Part shown: positions 36,233-46,570 of the stretch, piece after piece
Layout of the letters: the number at the start of each line of letters is the position of its first letter
How positions within the stretch are numbered: the stretch's first letter is position 1
Origin: a virus
DNA length: 58,202 nucleotides
Virus record (IMG/VR): IMGVR_UViG_3300005831_000020
Coordinates: 1-58,202 of that record
Reading direction: 5' to 3' (one strand)
Notes under the pieces: generated by a model
Database searches by the model: none
Told to the model about the DNA's origin: nothing
What the model saw: the letters and a program-made list of their open reading frames with translations, nothing else
Translations under genes and position numbers: made by a program

Positions 36233-36275
36233 GTAAGAATTTTAAGTTTACAAGACAGTTAAATTCTTACTTTTT
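36233..36275 (+). terminator. Intrinsic terminator hairpin 2 in the leader
   Basis: GTAAGAATTT-N18-AAATTCTTAC followed by TTTTT. Confidence 0.5.
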
Positions 36276-36301
36276 CTCAATAAATTAAAAAGAGATTGTA
36301 T

Positions 36302-36949
36302 ATGCAAAATATCTCAACCCTACCATTATGTCAAGATGGAAAAAATCACGGGAAAATCAATAATTCGGTAAAGCATGGTAGAATAGAGTTAATAAGCCAT
36401 GATAATTACGAATCTACCATGCCGAGTTTAGAAGAAATCAGCTTTGCCAAAGCAAAAGAATACTTAAAGAAGATGCTACTTCCTCAAAAAGAAGCTGCGC
36501 AGGTATTTTCCAATCTTGAGCAATTAAGACAAGCGGTAAAAATTTCTAATGAGCGTCAAGTAGCAAAATTACCAGATAACCTAATGGAACTACCTAAATT
36601 TCATGAAGCTAAAAGCGAAAGCGTCCAGCTATCCGACTCTGCTAAAGAAACATTTGCCAGAATTATTACAAGAGCAAAGGAAGCGTTTATAGAGGAACAG
36701 ATAGAAAGAGCTAACTTTTATAACATTCCCTATGAAACCTACGGCGATAACTACTACCAGCTCATGGTTGATATTGATAAATACGAGTATTTGCTTGAGA
36801 AAGCAAAAGATTACTGTGTTGATTGGGATACTAGTGAATATGACCCGGTAGCTCTAGAGCAGGCAATTGATAAGGCAGAGTATAATGCTTACATGCATGA
36901 TCAAAGCTTGCGCTCTTACTTTTCGCTAACTAGAGGAGTGGAGGTTTAA
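36302..36949 (+). CDS. Hypothetical protein, first gene of the rightward recombination operon
   Basis: I prefer the ATG at 36302 over the TTG at 36296. About 215 aa, no motif recognised. Confidence 0.5.
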   Translation: MQNISTLPLCQDGKNHGKINNSVKHGRIELISHDNYESTMPSLEEISFAKAKEYLKKMLLPQKEAAQVFSNLEQLRQAVKISNERQVAKLPDNLMELPKFHEAKSESVQLSDSAKETFARIITRAKEAFIEEQIERANFYNIPYETYGDNYYQLMVDIDKYEYLLEKAKDYCVDWDTSEYDPVALEQAIDKAEYNAYMHDQSLRSYFSLTRGVEV

Positions 36950-36950
36950 A

Positions 36951-37208
36951 ATGCTTACTGTAAAAGATCGCTTTATTCCACGGGAGGAAATCTCAAAACT
37001 TCTCTGGGGCATGGTTGGTGATATTTCAACTCATAGCTTGTCAATGTGGCTTAAGTCTAAGACTGATGACGAGTTTGTAGTAGTACCGAGGGAGTTTTGT
37101 GTCTTGATAGTTACATTTTTGGAACGACAAGCGGCGGCAAAAGAGCATTTGCTGTTTAATCCACAGAAGGTACTAGGTCAGCTTAATGAAATAAAACGTT
37201 ATTTATAA
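36951..37208 (+). CDS. Hypothetical protein
   Basis: 85-aa ORF starting 2 nt after the upstream stop. Confidence 0.45.
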   Translation: MLTVKDRFIPREEISKLLWGMVGDISTHSLSMWLKSKTDDEFVVVPREFCVLIVTFLERQAAAKEHLLFNPQKVLGQLNEIKRYL

Positions 37209-37232
37209 TAATAAAGCAATAAGGTTATTAGT

Positions 37233-38156
37233 ATGGAAAACAAACAAGAATGGTTAAGAGAACATTGGTTAAAAGAACGTAAAAATTATATCGGTGGCAG
37301 TGATTTAGGAGCTATCTGCGGCTTAAATCCTTATCGCTCTGCTCTTGACGTATACTTAGATAAAACCAGCGATGATATTAGCGAAGAGACTAACGCTGCA
37401 ATGAGGTGGGGCAACCTTTTAGAAGATGTGGTTGCTAAGGCTTATAGTGAGGATACTGGCTATGATGTGGAAATAGAGCCAAACACGATTTATCATCCTG
37501 AATATTCATTTTTAGCAGCTAATATTGATCGGTGGGCAGATAATAAAAGGCGTATTCTTGAATGTAAAACTGCTTCGTTTCTTAAAGCTAAAGAATGGGG
37601 CGACTTAGGGACTGACCAAATCCCCGAGTCATATCTTATTCAAAACGCTACATATTCGGCAGTTTGTAATGTTCCAGTAGTTGATACAGCAGTACTCATC
37701 GGCGGTCAAGATTTTAGAATATACACTTACGAGAGAAACAAGGAGCTAGAAGATAAGTTAATTAAGATAGCCTGTAATTTTTGGCATAACCATATAGAAA
37801 AAAGAATACCGCCTAAATGTGTTAATACTAGGGACACATTTAATTTATTTCCACAAAGTAACCATCACGAAATAGTAGCGGAAAGTAACATTTTGGAAAA
37901 ATGGGAACGACTTAAAGCTGCTAAGGAGGAAGAAGTACGGATACAAAGCACCATTGAGAAATTAAAGACCGATATACAGGAATTTATGAGAGATTATGAC
38001 GTGCTAATTGATGGTCAGGGGAACGTAATAGCTACATGGAAAAATACTGCTCCAAAGTCGCTGGTTGATGTGAAGAAGTTTAAGGAAAAGTATAGAGAAA
38101 TATACGAGAAATGTATAAACTACGGTAAGCAATCAAGAATGTTTTTAATTAAATAA
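37233..38156 (+). CDS. YqaJ-type (lambda Exo-like) recombination exonuclease
   Basis: N-terminal W...R.NYIGGSDLGAICGLNPYRSALDVY plus LECKT are YqaJ/PD-(D/E)XK hallmarks. Confidence 0.85.
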   Translation: MENKQEWLREHWLKERKNYIGGSDLGAICGLNPYRSALDVYLDKTSDDISEETNAAMRWGNLLEDVVAKAYSEDTGYDVEIEPNTIYHPEYSFLAANIDRWADNKRRILECKTASFLKAKEWGDLGTDQIPESYLIQNATYSAVCNVPVVDTAVLIGGQDFRIYTYERNKELEDKLIKIACNFWHNHIEKRIPPKCVNTRDTFNLFPQSNHHEIVAESNILEKWERLKAAKEEEVRIQSTIEKLKTDIQEFMRDYDVLIDGQGNVIATWKNTAPKSLVDVKKFKEKYREIYEKCINYGKQSRMFLIK

Positions 38157-38307
38157 GGGTCAAAGGAAATGATTTTATTAGAGGTAGTTATTGCTAGCAT
38201 AATTTTCGCTCACATTATTACTCATCTTAGTTCTTAGGACTACGTTAAGCATGAAGGAAATAAGCAGCTGCAATACATTTTTTAAAATAATAATTAAGAG
38301 ATAAAAT

Positions 38308-39171
38308 ATGAGTAACATAGCAGTAAAAACAACATTATTAACACCGAGTAACTTAAAGGAAGCTATGGAGTATGCTACGATTATAGCAAATAGTGCTATG
38401 GTGCCGAGAACTTATCAGGGTAAAGCGGCAGATATTCTAGTTGCCGTGCAAATGGGAGCCGAACTTGGATTAAAGCCAATACAGGCTTTGCAGAATATAG
38501 CGGTTATTAACGGCAAACCTTCCGTGTATGGCGACGCATTACTTGCTCTTGTACAGGCACATTCGTCATTTGAAGATATCAAGGAGTGGTATGATGAGAA
38601 AACAAATACGGCTTTTTGCAGGGTTAAGCGTCGGAACCAAACCGAGCATACCGTAAGCTTTAGCGCAGAAGATGCTAAAAAAGCAGGTTTATGGGGTAAA
38701 AGCGGTCCGTGGACTCAGTACCCAAAAAGAATGATGCAGATGAGAGCTAGAGGCTTTGCGCTTAGAGATAAGTTTGCAGATGCTTTGGGAGGTTTGATAA
38801 CAGTTGAAGAGGCAGAGGACTATCAGGTAGTAGATATGCCGGAAAAGGATGTAACGCCTAAGACTCAAAGTAATGAAGCCTTTACAAATTATGACCGCTT
38901 GGAAATGAAATCTCAAGTAGTAAGTAGCAAACTTGACTCCGTTTTAAGTCATCAGGAAGAAGAAGTCAAAACCCTAGAGCCAAGCGAAACTTTGTCTGAA
39001 TTAATAGAACTTGTTAAACTGCATAACGTATCAAGTGAGATAATAAACAAGTGGTGTAGCAAAGCAGGAGCTCCGAGTATTGCTGATTTAGGTGAGGAAA
39101 GGCAACTATCCTGTATTAAATGGATTAACGAGCAGTATAATTATTCGCAAAGCATAGAGGAGGCAGCGTAA
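38308..39171 (+). CDS. recT: RecT-family single-strand annealing protein
   Basis: VAVQMGAELGLKPIQALQNIAVINGKPSVYGDALLALV matches the RecT-like pattern. Paired with the YqaJ exonuclease. Confidence 0.75.
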   Translation: MSNIAVKTTLLTPSNLKEAMEYATIIANSAMVPRTYQGKAADILVAVQMGAELGLKPIQALQNIAVINGKPSVYGDALLALVQAHSSFEDIKEWYDEKTNTAFCRVKRRNQTEHTVSFSAEDAKKAGLWGKSGPWTQYPKRMMQMRARGFALRDKFADALGGLITVEEAEDYQVVDMPEKDVTPKTQSNEAFTNYDRLEMKSQVVSSKLDSVLSHQEEEVKTLEPSETLSELIELVKLHNVSSEIINKWCSKAGAPSIADLGEERQLSCIKWINEQYNYSQSIEEAA

Positions 39172-39250
39172 GTTTAGAAAACCCCCTAGATTTGCTTATT
39201 AAAATATGTTAATGTGAACAAACAATTACTCGTTTTTTTCTATTTTTAGA

Positions 39251-39285
39251 GGAGCTAAGCTTTTTAGCTCCTTTTTTCTTTTTAC
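39251..39285 (+). terminator. Rho-independent terminator after recT
   Basis: GGAGCTAA-gcttt-TTAGCTCC followed by TTTTTTCTTTTT. Confidence 0.7.
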
Positions 39286-39311
39286 AAAAAAGCATGGATG
39301 AAGATTGTTTC

Positions 39312-39320
39312 TGCTATAAT
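39312..39320 (+). promoter_or_regulatory. Extended -10 promoter element (candidate)
   Basis: TGcTATAAT. No good -35 element seen. Confidence 0.3.
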
Positions 39321-39360
39321 AAAAATAAAGCTTTTATTTTGTTATAGACTAGAGGCAAAA

Positions 39361-40968
39361 ATGCAAAATTACGATCCATATTTAAATACCTACAACTATC
39401 CTTATAACAGTTCTGATCCTTATAATCTAGCTTCTGATGGCGATAATCAAATGCCTGATTCTCGTTATGAAGATGGAGGTTATAGTGATCCCAATATGTC
39501 TTACAGTAATGCTTATGATAATACAGGAGCGCAATATTCCTTTAAAGAAGGAGGGTCTGTCGGTGATGATGACTTACCGAAGCTTGCCGATCTGATTCGA
39601 AGACACGGAAGAAACGGTGATACCGAGCTTGCTCATATTAATCCTATTGAAGCACAAATATTAAAAAGTTTAGGTGGTAGCGGTACGATAAATCCTGCTA
39701 CCGGTCTTCGTGAATACAGTTTTTGGACTAATCCATTTAAAGCAATAAAAAGTGTAATAGGAGGTGGAGCGGGAGCAGTTATCGGTAACATGGTGCTACC
39801 GGGAATAGGTGGCATTATCGGCGGCGCACTCGGTCAGGGAATACAGCACGCAGCAAGAGGCAAGAGTGCACTCGGCGGAGCTTTAAAAGGAGCCGGTATG
39901 GGCGCAGCTCTTCCATCTTTTGCATCTGCTATTGGCTCTGGACTAAGAAGCATTGGAGGAACGGCTCTTGGTTCTAGCCTTAGTAATTACGGCAGTACTA
40001 ATGCAATATTGCCTTCCCTCGGTCTTGGTGGCTCAGGTAGTAGCGGATTATTTGGGCTTGGAGGAAGTAATCCTTATGTAAATGGGGACTTAAGCAGCAT
40101 AACTGCACTTTCTTCAGGTATGGGCAGAGGACAAGGTCATGGTTTAGGTGTCAGTAGCGGGGATTATGCCGAGAACTATTATAATTACATGCTTGATAGA
40201 CAGAAAAAACAAGACAATATGGGTTTTACCGATAAATTACAAGACTATCTAACTGAGCCTAAGAATTTACTAACGCTTGGTACTACTGCCGCTCAATATT
40301 TAGGTAGAGAAAAACCAAAGAGTCCAGAGAAAATAGCAGAGGAAGAAAGAAGATATCGCAACGCTAGTCGTAAGACGATTGCTGAGGTTGAAGCTGATGA
40401 AGCTCTGGAAACCGCACGTGCCGATTTACAAAAAAAGCGGAAAAACAAGCAGTTAGATGAAGATATAAAGAACATGGGTCGTATTAATCGGCGCGTTGTA
40501 TCACCTGAGGAATTTGCAAGAACCGGTCGCTGGCTTGAGTATATGGATGATGAAGGCAATCCTGTTAGAATGAAAGGTGGCGGGAGCGCCCGTAGTCCTT
40601 ATGCTTATTTAACAGAAGAAACCTATTATCCTGCAAGTCCTATAGTTTATTTAAGTGGTGATAGCGGGGGGCAAGATGATAAGGTTAGAAGGGATTTACT
40701 AGATCGTTCTTATGTAATGCCAGCTGATGTAGTAGCTGATGCTGGAGATGGTAATTCTTTAGCAGGAGCAAAAAAGATTAAAGCATTAGTTTCTCATGGA
40801 GAAATGGAAATTAGTCCTCAGATTGTTAGTAAATTGGGTAACGGAGATAACGATTTAGGCGCTAAAAAATTAGACATGTTTGTAAAAAACATTCGCAAAC
40901 ATAAAAGAGGGGGAAAAGTAAATCTTCCGCCTCGTGCAAAGTCTTTAGAGAGTTATTTAAGGGGATAA
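39361..40968 (+). CDS. Large Gly-rich protein, possible internal virion or ejection protein
   Basis: I prefer the ATG at 39361 (MQNYDPY), with GAGG 6 nt upstream. Contains GDTELAHINPIEAQILKSLGGSGTINPATGLREY and Gly-rich hydrophobic stretches (IGGGAGAVIGNMVLPGIGGIIGGALG). Confidence 0.5.
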   Translation: MQNYDPYLNTYNYPYNSSDPYNLASDGDNQMPDSRYEDGGYSDPNMSYSNAYDNTGAQYSFKEGGSVGDDDLPKLADLIRRHGRNGDTELAHINPIEAQILKSLGGSGTINPATGLREYSFWTNPFKAIKSVIGGGAGAVIGNMVLPGIGGIIGGALGQGIQHAARGKSALGGALKGAGMGAALPSFASAIGSGLRSIGGTALGSSLSNYGSTNAILPSLGLGGSGSSGLFGLGGSNPYVNGDLSSITALSSGMGRGQGHGLGVSSGDYAENYYNYMLDRQKKQDNMGFTDKLQDYLTEPKNLLTLGTTAAQYLGREKPKSPEKIAEEERRYRNASRKTIAEVEADEALETARADLQKKRKNKQLDEDIKNMGRINRRVVSPEEFARTGRWLEYMDDEGNPVRMKGGGSARSPYAYLTEETYYPASPIVYLSGDSGGQDDKVRRDLLDRSYVMPADVVADAGDGNSLAGAKKIKALVSHGEMEISPQIVSKLGNGDNDLGAKKLDMFVKNIRKHKRGGKVNLPPRAKSLESYLRG

Positions 40969-40969
40969 T

Positions 40970-42916
40970 ATGAAAACACGAAACTTAAATGATCTCCGAG
41001 AACAAGCCTTAGCCGTTATTAATCGTGATGTAGGGCGAATGGTAGCTAACCCTACACCTGTATACAGAGGAAAGACTAGCGTTCCGATGTCTGCTTTAAC
41101 ACAGAGGAAACGTGCTTTAGAAGATCAGTTTGCGAGTAACCCTGCTCCTTATTCTGTAGAAGCAAGCGGTGTTTTTAACAGAACTCCGCAGGGTTTTAAT
41201 GAGGGGCAGAAAACCTCTTTACTGGATATACTCTCATCAGGCCAAAGAGGGGTGGGTAATACCGGATGGAGGATGATGGGAAAACAGTTTGGAGATAGAA
41301 CCGATAGTAGGCAAACCGGTTTTTATAATAAATTTGATAAGAACCTAAATAAGGGTCTTCCATTATCCCGTGTTGGTATAGATGCATTAAGCAGCGATGC
41401 ACAGGGTCTTGATTCTGAATATAATTCCGGACTTGGCAATAGTTTAAATGCTCTTGGTAATAGCGAAAAGGCAAAGAGGGCAGGACTTACTAATATGCTG
41501 GGGCAATTCGGCAATCAGCAGCATATATATTCGCATTTAGCAAATTCGGCAGATAAAAACAAGTACTACGAGGAATTAAATGCTCCAAAGCAAAAGATGA
41601 AGGCGTTATACAATATAGTAAATAGTGGTGGTGATCCGGGTAGCATGGGACCTTATGGTGAAGCAGCAGCAGTCAAGTTACTAGAAAAAGGACTAAATCT
41701 TTATAATAGCCCTACTCCTACTTACAGTGGTCAGCAACTTGCTAATGTGCCTGAAGAATTAGCAGTATCGCATCGTCTGCTAGGTGATTTAAGTCATGAT
41801 TATAATGATTCATCAAGGGAAGAAAGAGATAAGCTGTATAGCTCGTTAATGGGGCGAGAGAATGTTGGCTCGCGAGCTATAGGCGATTTACCTACAATTT
41901 ATGATCCACAAGTAAACAAGCTTGATGCTGATACCAAACGTCTTTTAAAAGCAGAAAAGGCTAGAATCAGTATGGATCATGAACGAAAAGGTACTTATGG
42001 ATCACAATCACATTTATCCCAAACCGAGGATGCTATTAATAGAATTGCTAAAAGCCGTTTTGGTAATAGAAACAATCTCTTGCAGGATGTACTTCGCGGA
42101 AGAATGAGCGGTTTAAATAAAAGTGACATGAATGATTTAAACCGGTTAAATAGTTTAGGTCAGCAAGGATTGTCCGAATATCAGGACGTACTTGGTAAGA
42201 TTAGCGGAATGAACCAGCTCGGAGTAGACAAATGGCTAAATACGCAAGATGAGTTAAACCAGAGGAGGGAGCGATTTGAAGAAGAGAGGAATCAGGAATG
42301 GCCGCAAATAGCGGGTAGTGATATTGTCAAATACAACGTAAGCCCGGAAATCAGCAGTATTTTTGCCAATCCCAATATTAGCAGTAATCCCTCTGTTTAC
42401 ACGCCGTCTTTAAGGCCAAATATTCATGCACTTGCACAATACGCCCAAACAGTGCCGGTCAGTCATAGTGAGACGGAGCTTGAGAGTAATTTAAATCAGG
42501 ATATGGGAGGTATCAAGAATTATGCTGATTTTGAGAATACCAAATTACAGAGAAAAAGAGAAGATGAGGTAAGGCGGCAGGCAGAGGCAAGGCATCTAGC
42601 GTCAAGAATGGCAGAAGAAAATCGGCAAGCTCAAATTAGGAAAGCTAAGGAATTAAAAATAGCTGAAGAAAATAGACAAGCATTGCTTAAAAGAAAAGCT
42701 TTAGCTGAAAGCAAATTAAAAGAAAGAGATATTGCACTCAAAAGGCAACAAGCTGAATTAGCTAAAGTAAGCGGTAGATATGACATGATGCGCGAACTTG
42801 GGATGGATTATAGTAATTATAATAGAGATAAAGATAGAATAGCCGTGCTGCAACCAAGGATACAGAACATATTAGATAGTATGTCTTACTGGAAAAAATA
42901 TGCTAATTTAATTTAA
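40970..42916 (+). CDS. Large hypothetical protein, possible internal virion protein
   Basis: 648 aa with a C-terminal Arg/Lys/Glu coiled-coil. Tightly packed against its neighbours. Confidence 0.5.
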   Translation: MKTRNLNDLREQALAVINRDVGRMVANPTPVYRGKTSVPMSALTQRKRALEDQFASNPAPYSVEASGVFNRTPQGFNEGQKTSLLDILSSGQRGVGNTGWRMMGKQFGDRTDSRQTGFYNKFDKNLNKGLPLSRVGIDALSSDAQGLDSEYNSGLGNSLNALGNSEKAKRAGLTNMLGQFGNQQHIYSHLANSADKNKYYEELNAPKQKMKALYNIVNSGGDPGSMGPYGEAAAVKLLEKGLNLYNSPTPTYSGQQLANVPEELAVSHRLLGDLSHDYNDSSREERDKLYSSLMGRENVGSRAIGDLPTIYDPQVNKLDADTKRLLKAEKARISMDHERKGTYGSQSHLSQTEDAINRIAKSRFGNRNNLLQDVLRGRMSGLNKSDMNDLNRLNSLGQQGLSEYQDVLGKISGMNQLGVDKWLNTQDELNQRRERFEEERNQEWPQIAGSDIVKYNVSPEISSIFANPNISSNPSVYTPSLRPNIHALAQYAQTVPVSHSETELESNLNQDMGGIKNYADFENTKLQRKREDEVRRQAEARHLASRMAEENRQAQIRKAKELKIAEENRQALLKRKALAESKLKERDIALKRQQAELAKVSGRYDMMRELGMDYSNYNRDKDRIAVLQPRIQNILDSMSYWKKYANLI

Positions 42917-42918
42917 TT

Positions 42919-44106
42919 ATGATTATGGAAGAAGAAATATTAAATCGGGTAGGAGCACTTCCAGAGAGAAGGAATCCTTTTGATGAGGGAATAGCGAAAG
43001 CAGTTAGCAGCACCCGAAGCAATTTAGGGATGAGCAGGGATCAGGAGCATAGAGCGATAAATAATGCGTTGCTTGCTCTTGGTAATGGTTTAGCAAACGA
43101 ACCTGTCATGCGTGGATTTAAAAACAATTTAGGAGTTATAGGGCGGGCAATGAATCCGGCTTTGGCGGCTTATAACACTAGCGAGGATGCTGCTTTAAAA
43201 GAAAACGAACAACTAGCTAATCAAATCCTGCAGCATCAAAGAGCGGAGCAGGCTTTAGCAGACGCTCGGGAAGAAAAAGTTTGGCATCGTAAATTTCAAG
43301 AGAAGCAGCTGGAAGAAACTAAAAGAGCCCATAATTTACTCGATAATTTTAGAAAAGAAGAATTACAATATAAAAAAAATAAGTACGGCTCTGATTCAGA
43401 ATTAGATAGATTAGCTCCAAAAATCAGGACGGATTCGGCCTTTGATAAAGTCGGACTTCAAGCAAGAAAATCAGCTGAATTTTATGAGGAAGTTAAAGAG
43501 ATGAATCATAAGTATCAGGATTTAAAAGATACAATGAAAAAGGCCGGAATTGATACTACTAATCCTTTTGTATTTAATAAGGCCCTTCGAAACGCATCAG
43601 GTTTTTTAAGCTCATTTACTAAAGACCCAATTCAAAGAGAGATAGCTAGTAAATATGCTGATTTAGCTGCTGCAAATAAACGAGTGATGCAGACTGCTGA
43701 AAAAGCTTTAAAAGACGGAGCATTAACTAATTTTACAGTTAAGTACGGGGATGATAACAAGCTGTATCCATCTTTTGGTAGTGAGCCTTATGACGAGTAC
43801 GAAAGAAAATTAAAAACAATGCTAAATGATGCAAGTACGGGTTATGAATCATCAAGTTTAGCATTACAAACGGGGAGGCATATTGATAAGCACAATTATG
43901 CAAGAATCAAGGAATTAGAACATTCTATGCGAATAGGAGTACCTACCGATCAAATAGGTGATATGTCTTCAAATCAGGGGAGTATTGATGTAGCTCCGGA
44001 AGAGGAATGGATTACTATCCAAGGACCGTCAGGTCAAACAGAAGAAATCTATTTTGAAGATGCACCGAAGTTTTTAAATAGGCCAGGATATACTAGAGTT
44101 AAATAA
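42919..44106 (+). CDS. Hypothetical protein, possible internal virion protein
   Basis: 395-aa helical ORF, tightly packed in the operon. Confidence 0.5.
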   Translation: MIMEEEILNRVGALPERRNPFDEGIAKAVSSTRSNLGMSRDQEHRAINNALLALGNGLANEPVMRGFKNNLGVIGRAMNPALAAYNTSEDAALKENEQLANQILQHQRAEQALADAREEKVWHRKFQEKQLEETKRAHNLLDNFRKEELQYKKNKYGSDSELDRLAPKIRTDSAFDKVGLQARKSAEFYEEVKEMNHKYQDLKDTMKKAGIDTTNPFVFNKALRNASGFLSSFTKDPIQREIASKYADLAAANKRVMQTAEKALKDGALTNFTVKYGDDNKLYPSFGSEPYDEYERKLKTMLNDASTGYESSSLALQTGRHIDKHNYARIKELEHSMRIGVPTDQIGDMSSNQGSIDVAPEEEWITIQGPSGQTEEIYFEDAPKFLNRPGYTRVK

Positions 44107-44107
44107 T

Positions 44108-46315
44108 ATGAGTGATTTTGAGGGAGCTAGAATTAGACCAAAAAGTAACGAATTTAATATAGGAAAAAACGATTTTGAAGGGGCTAGAATTCGTCTTAAA
44201 AATCCTACTTATCAAAATACTGTAGATGAAAGAGAAGCTGTAGATAATGATGAATATCCTTATTTAATAAACAAGACAGCAGATGTAATCTCAAGATATC
44301 CTTTTGATTTAGTACATGATCTTGCATATGCAGGAGAAAGGGGAGCAAAATGGCTAGCCGGAAAATTAGCCGATGATTTACAGGAGGAACCAAAACCTAT
44401 TAATTTATTTGGTCATGAATTTGTTCCGACCAGGAATGATTGGTCTCGGAAGTTTAGAGAATTTAGTCAAAAACCTGACTATTTTAGCGAAGAAAATATT
44501 GGTCGTCCCTCCAATCGGATTACTAGACCAATATTTAAGGAAGCTGGATTTAATTTAGATGCAGAAGCACCAGATCAAATACAAGGGATGATAGGTCATG
44601 GTATAGATTTTGCAGTTCCCGGAGCATGGACAAAGAAAGCAAAACTTGCAAATATGGCTATTGAAGGAGCAACAGGGCTTGGAAGTGGATTACTACAAGA
44701 ATATGGAGGTGTTAATCCAATAGTTGCCGATCTTGCTACTTATGCGGGAAGACGGGGTGCTTCTAGAACTAATAGTGCTTTGAGAGACCATTTTAATCCA
44801 ATCAAAAGAGGAGAAAAAAAGGTTAGTGCTTTATTTAAGGATGCTAATAAAGAAAAAGGGCTTGATAACTTAATGAACTTTAATCCTGAGGGGCTTGATG
44901 TTATTCCTGTTACGGCAGAAGTAGCTTTACATAATGATATATCGAACTTACATAATGCTTATGCTCCAACTCTTACTGAAATACAGAGTAAAATGACTAC
45001 TAATGATAAGATTTTACGTAAAAAAACAGATGAGATTGGAAATAGTCTAGATCCAAAAGCTATAGAAGTTGGGGAAGCAGGAAGAGAATTAATTAATCAA
45101 AATTATCGTAATTTGAAAAAACTAAGAAAGAAAAAAGCTACCCCTTATTATGAAGCATTAAAACAAGAGAATTATTATCCTGTTGAAAATTTTAAAAATT
45201 CTATAAAAGAGGATTTATCAAATACAGTAGGCGACACAAAAAAAACTCTAAAAAAGTTTTCAAATTCTCTTAAAGAAAACCACAAAGAAGTTTTAGAATC
45301 ATTAAAGGAAGAATTATCCTTGCTTCAAAAAGAAAATAAAACAAATTTAGATTTAAATTTATTTCCTCAAAAAGTACGAGAAGAATTATTATTACAAGAC
45401 CCAGCTTTGTATAGAATAGAAGAATTAAAAAATCAAATTAGTTTATTAGAGAGTGATAAATATAGACCAGTTATTATTGATGAACAAATTAAAGAAATTA
45501 ATAAAAAAATAAAGAATAATACTAAGACTGGAAAAGACGGACAAAATGCTTTATTGAAGAAACAAGTAGAAGCTTTACAGGCAGATTTAGAAGCAACGCC
45601 TGAAGGATTGGCTCATAGGAAAGTTTATAGGGAACATTCGCTACCGATTAATCAAATCAAAGAAGATAGTTTACTTAGTAAATTTGTAAAGAAAAAAGAT
45701 TCAGATTTTAAAGAACCTGTTGATGGATTAGCAGATTATATTTTTAGTGCTCCACAAGAAAGCGTAAAGCGTTATATGGCTCAAGTAAAAGGAAGTAATG
45801 CTGAAAATCTAACTAAAGCTTACGGAAGAAAAGAATATCTTGGTAAAGCAGATGATTTTGAAGGTGGTTTACCAACTTACGATAAATCAAGCAAATTTTT
45901 AAAAAACAAAGCAGCTCAAATGGAAGCTATCTATTCCCCTGAAGAACTAGGAGTATTTGAGCAAATTAACGACTACTTAAAAAATAGAGCTATTGTTAGC
46001 GGTGGTAACTCTGCTTTTGGTTCGGCAACAGAGCCAAAAGGGAGAATAACACAAAGGGTAAAAAAATATTTAGGAGAAGAAAATTTAACTCCTTATACTG
46101 CTTGGGGTGATCTCCCTGGTATTAGAAAAATTCCTCTTATACCACAACGTTTAAAAGGAATAACAGTCCCAAATCGAAATTATGAAATATTTGAGAAGGC
46201 ATTGACTGATCCTATATATGCTAGGGATTTATTAACTAAAGATTATGGTGTTAAATATACTAAACCAAATTATTTTCCTACCTTGTATAACGTTTTAAAT
46301 GGAAATCAGGAATAA
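44108..46315 (+). CDS. Large hypothetical protein, possible internal virion protein
   Basis: 735 aa. The N-terminus has a tandem DFEGARIR(P/L)K repeat. Confidence 0.5.
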   Translation: MSDFEGARIRPKSNEFNIGKNDFEGARIRLKNPTYQNTVDEREAVDNDEYPYLINKTADVISRYPFDLVHDLAYAGERGAKWLAGKLADDLQEEPKPINLFGHEFVPTRNDWSRKFREFSQKPDYFSEENIGRPSNRITRPIFKEAGFNLDAEAPDQIQGMIGHGIDFAVPGAWTKKAKLANMAIEGATGLGSGLLQEYGGVNPIVADLATYAGRRGASRTNSALRDHFNPIKRGEKKVSALFKDANKEKGLDNLMNFNPEGLDVIPVTAEVALHNDISNLHNAYAPTLTEIQSKMTTNDKILRKKTDEIGNSLDPKAIEVGEAGRELINQNYRNLKKLRKKKATPYYEALKQENYYPVENFKNSIKEDLSNTVGDTKKTLKKFSNSLKENHKEVLESLKEELSLLQKENKTNLDLNLFPQKVREELLLQDPALYRIEELKNQISLLESDKYRPVIIDEQIKEINKKIKNNTKTGKDGQNALLKKQVEALQADLEATPEGLAHRKVYREHSLPINQIKEDSLLSKFVKKKDSDFKEPVDGLADYIFSAPQESVKRYMAQVKGSNAENLTKAYGRKEYLGKADDFEGGLPTYDKSSKFLKNKAAQMEAIYSPEELGVFEQINDYLKNRAIVSGGNSAFGSATEPKGRITQRVKKYLGEENLTPYTAWGDLPGIRKIPLIPQRLKGITVPNRNYEIFEKALTDPIYARDLLTKDYGVKYTKPNYFPTLYNVLNGNQE

Positions 46316-46359
46316 AATTTGTTATTTTGGGTTAGATATTTAATTATGTAACTTGGTAT

Positions 46360-46566
46360 ATGAAAGCAGGCGTTATTTCTTGGTTTAGTGATGATAAAGG
46401 TTTTGGGTTTATTAAGCCTGACGATAAATCTAAAGATATCTTCTTTCATGTTAGCGAATTAAAGAAAATCAACTTAGAGACTATTGCAGGTAATACAAGA
46501 ATTAGCTTTGAGACTAAAGAAGACAAGAATGATCGTATCCAAGCTGTTAATCTTCAGCTTATTTAA
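46360..46566 (+). CDS. cspA: Cold-shock protein, CspA family
   Basis: KGFGFI (RNP1) and IFFHVS (RNP2). 68 aa. Confidence 0.95.
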   Translation: MKAGVISWFSDDKGFGFIKPDDKSKDIFFHVSELKKINLETIAGNTRISFETKEDKNDRIQAVNLQLI

Positions 46567-46570
46567 AAAA

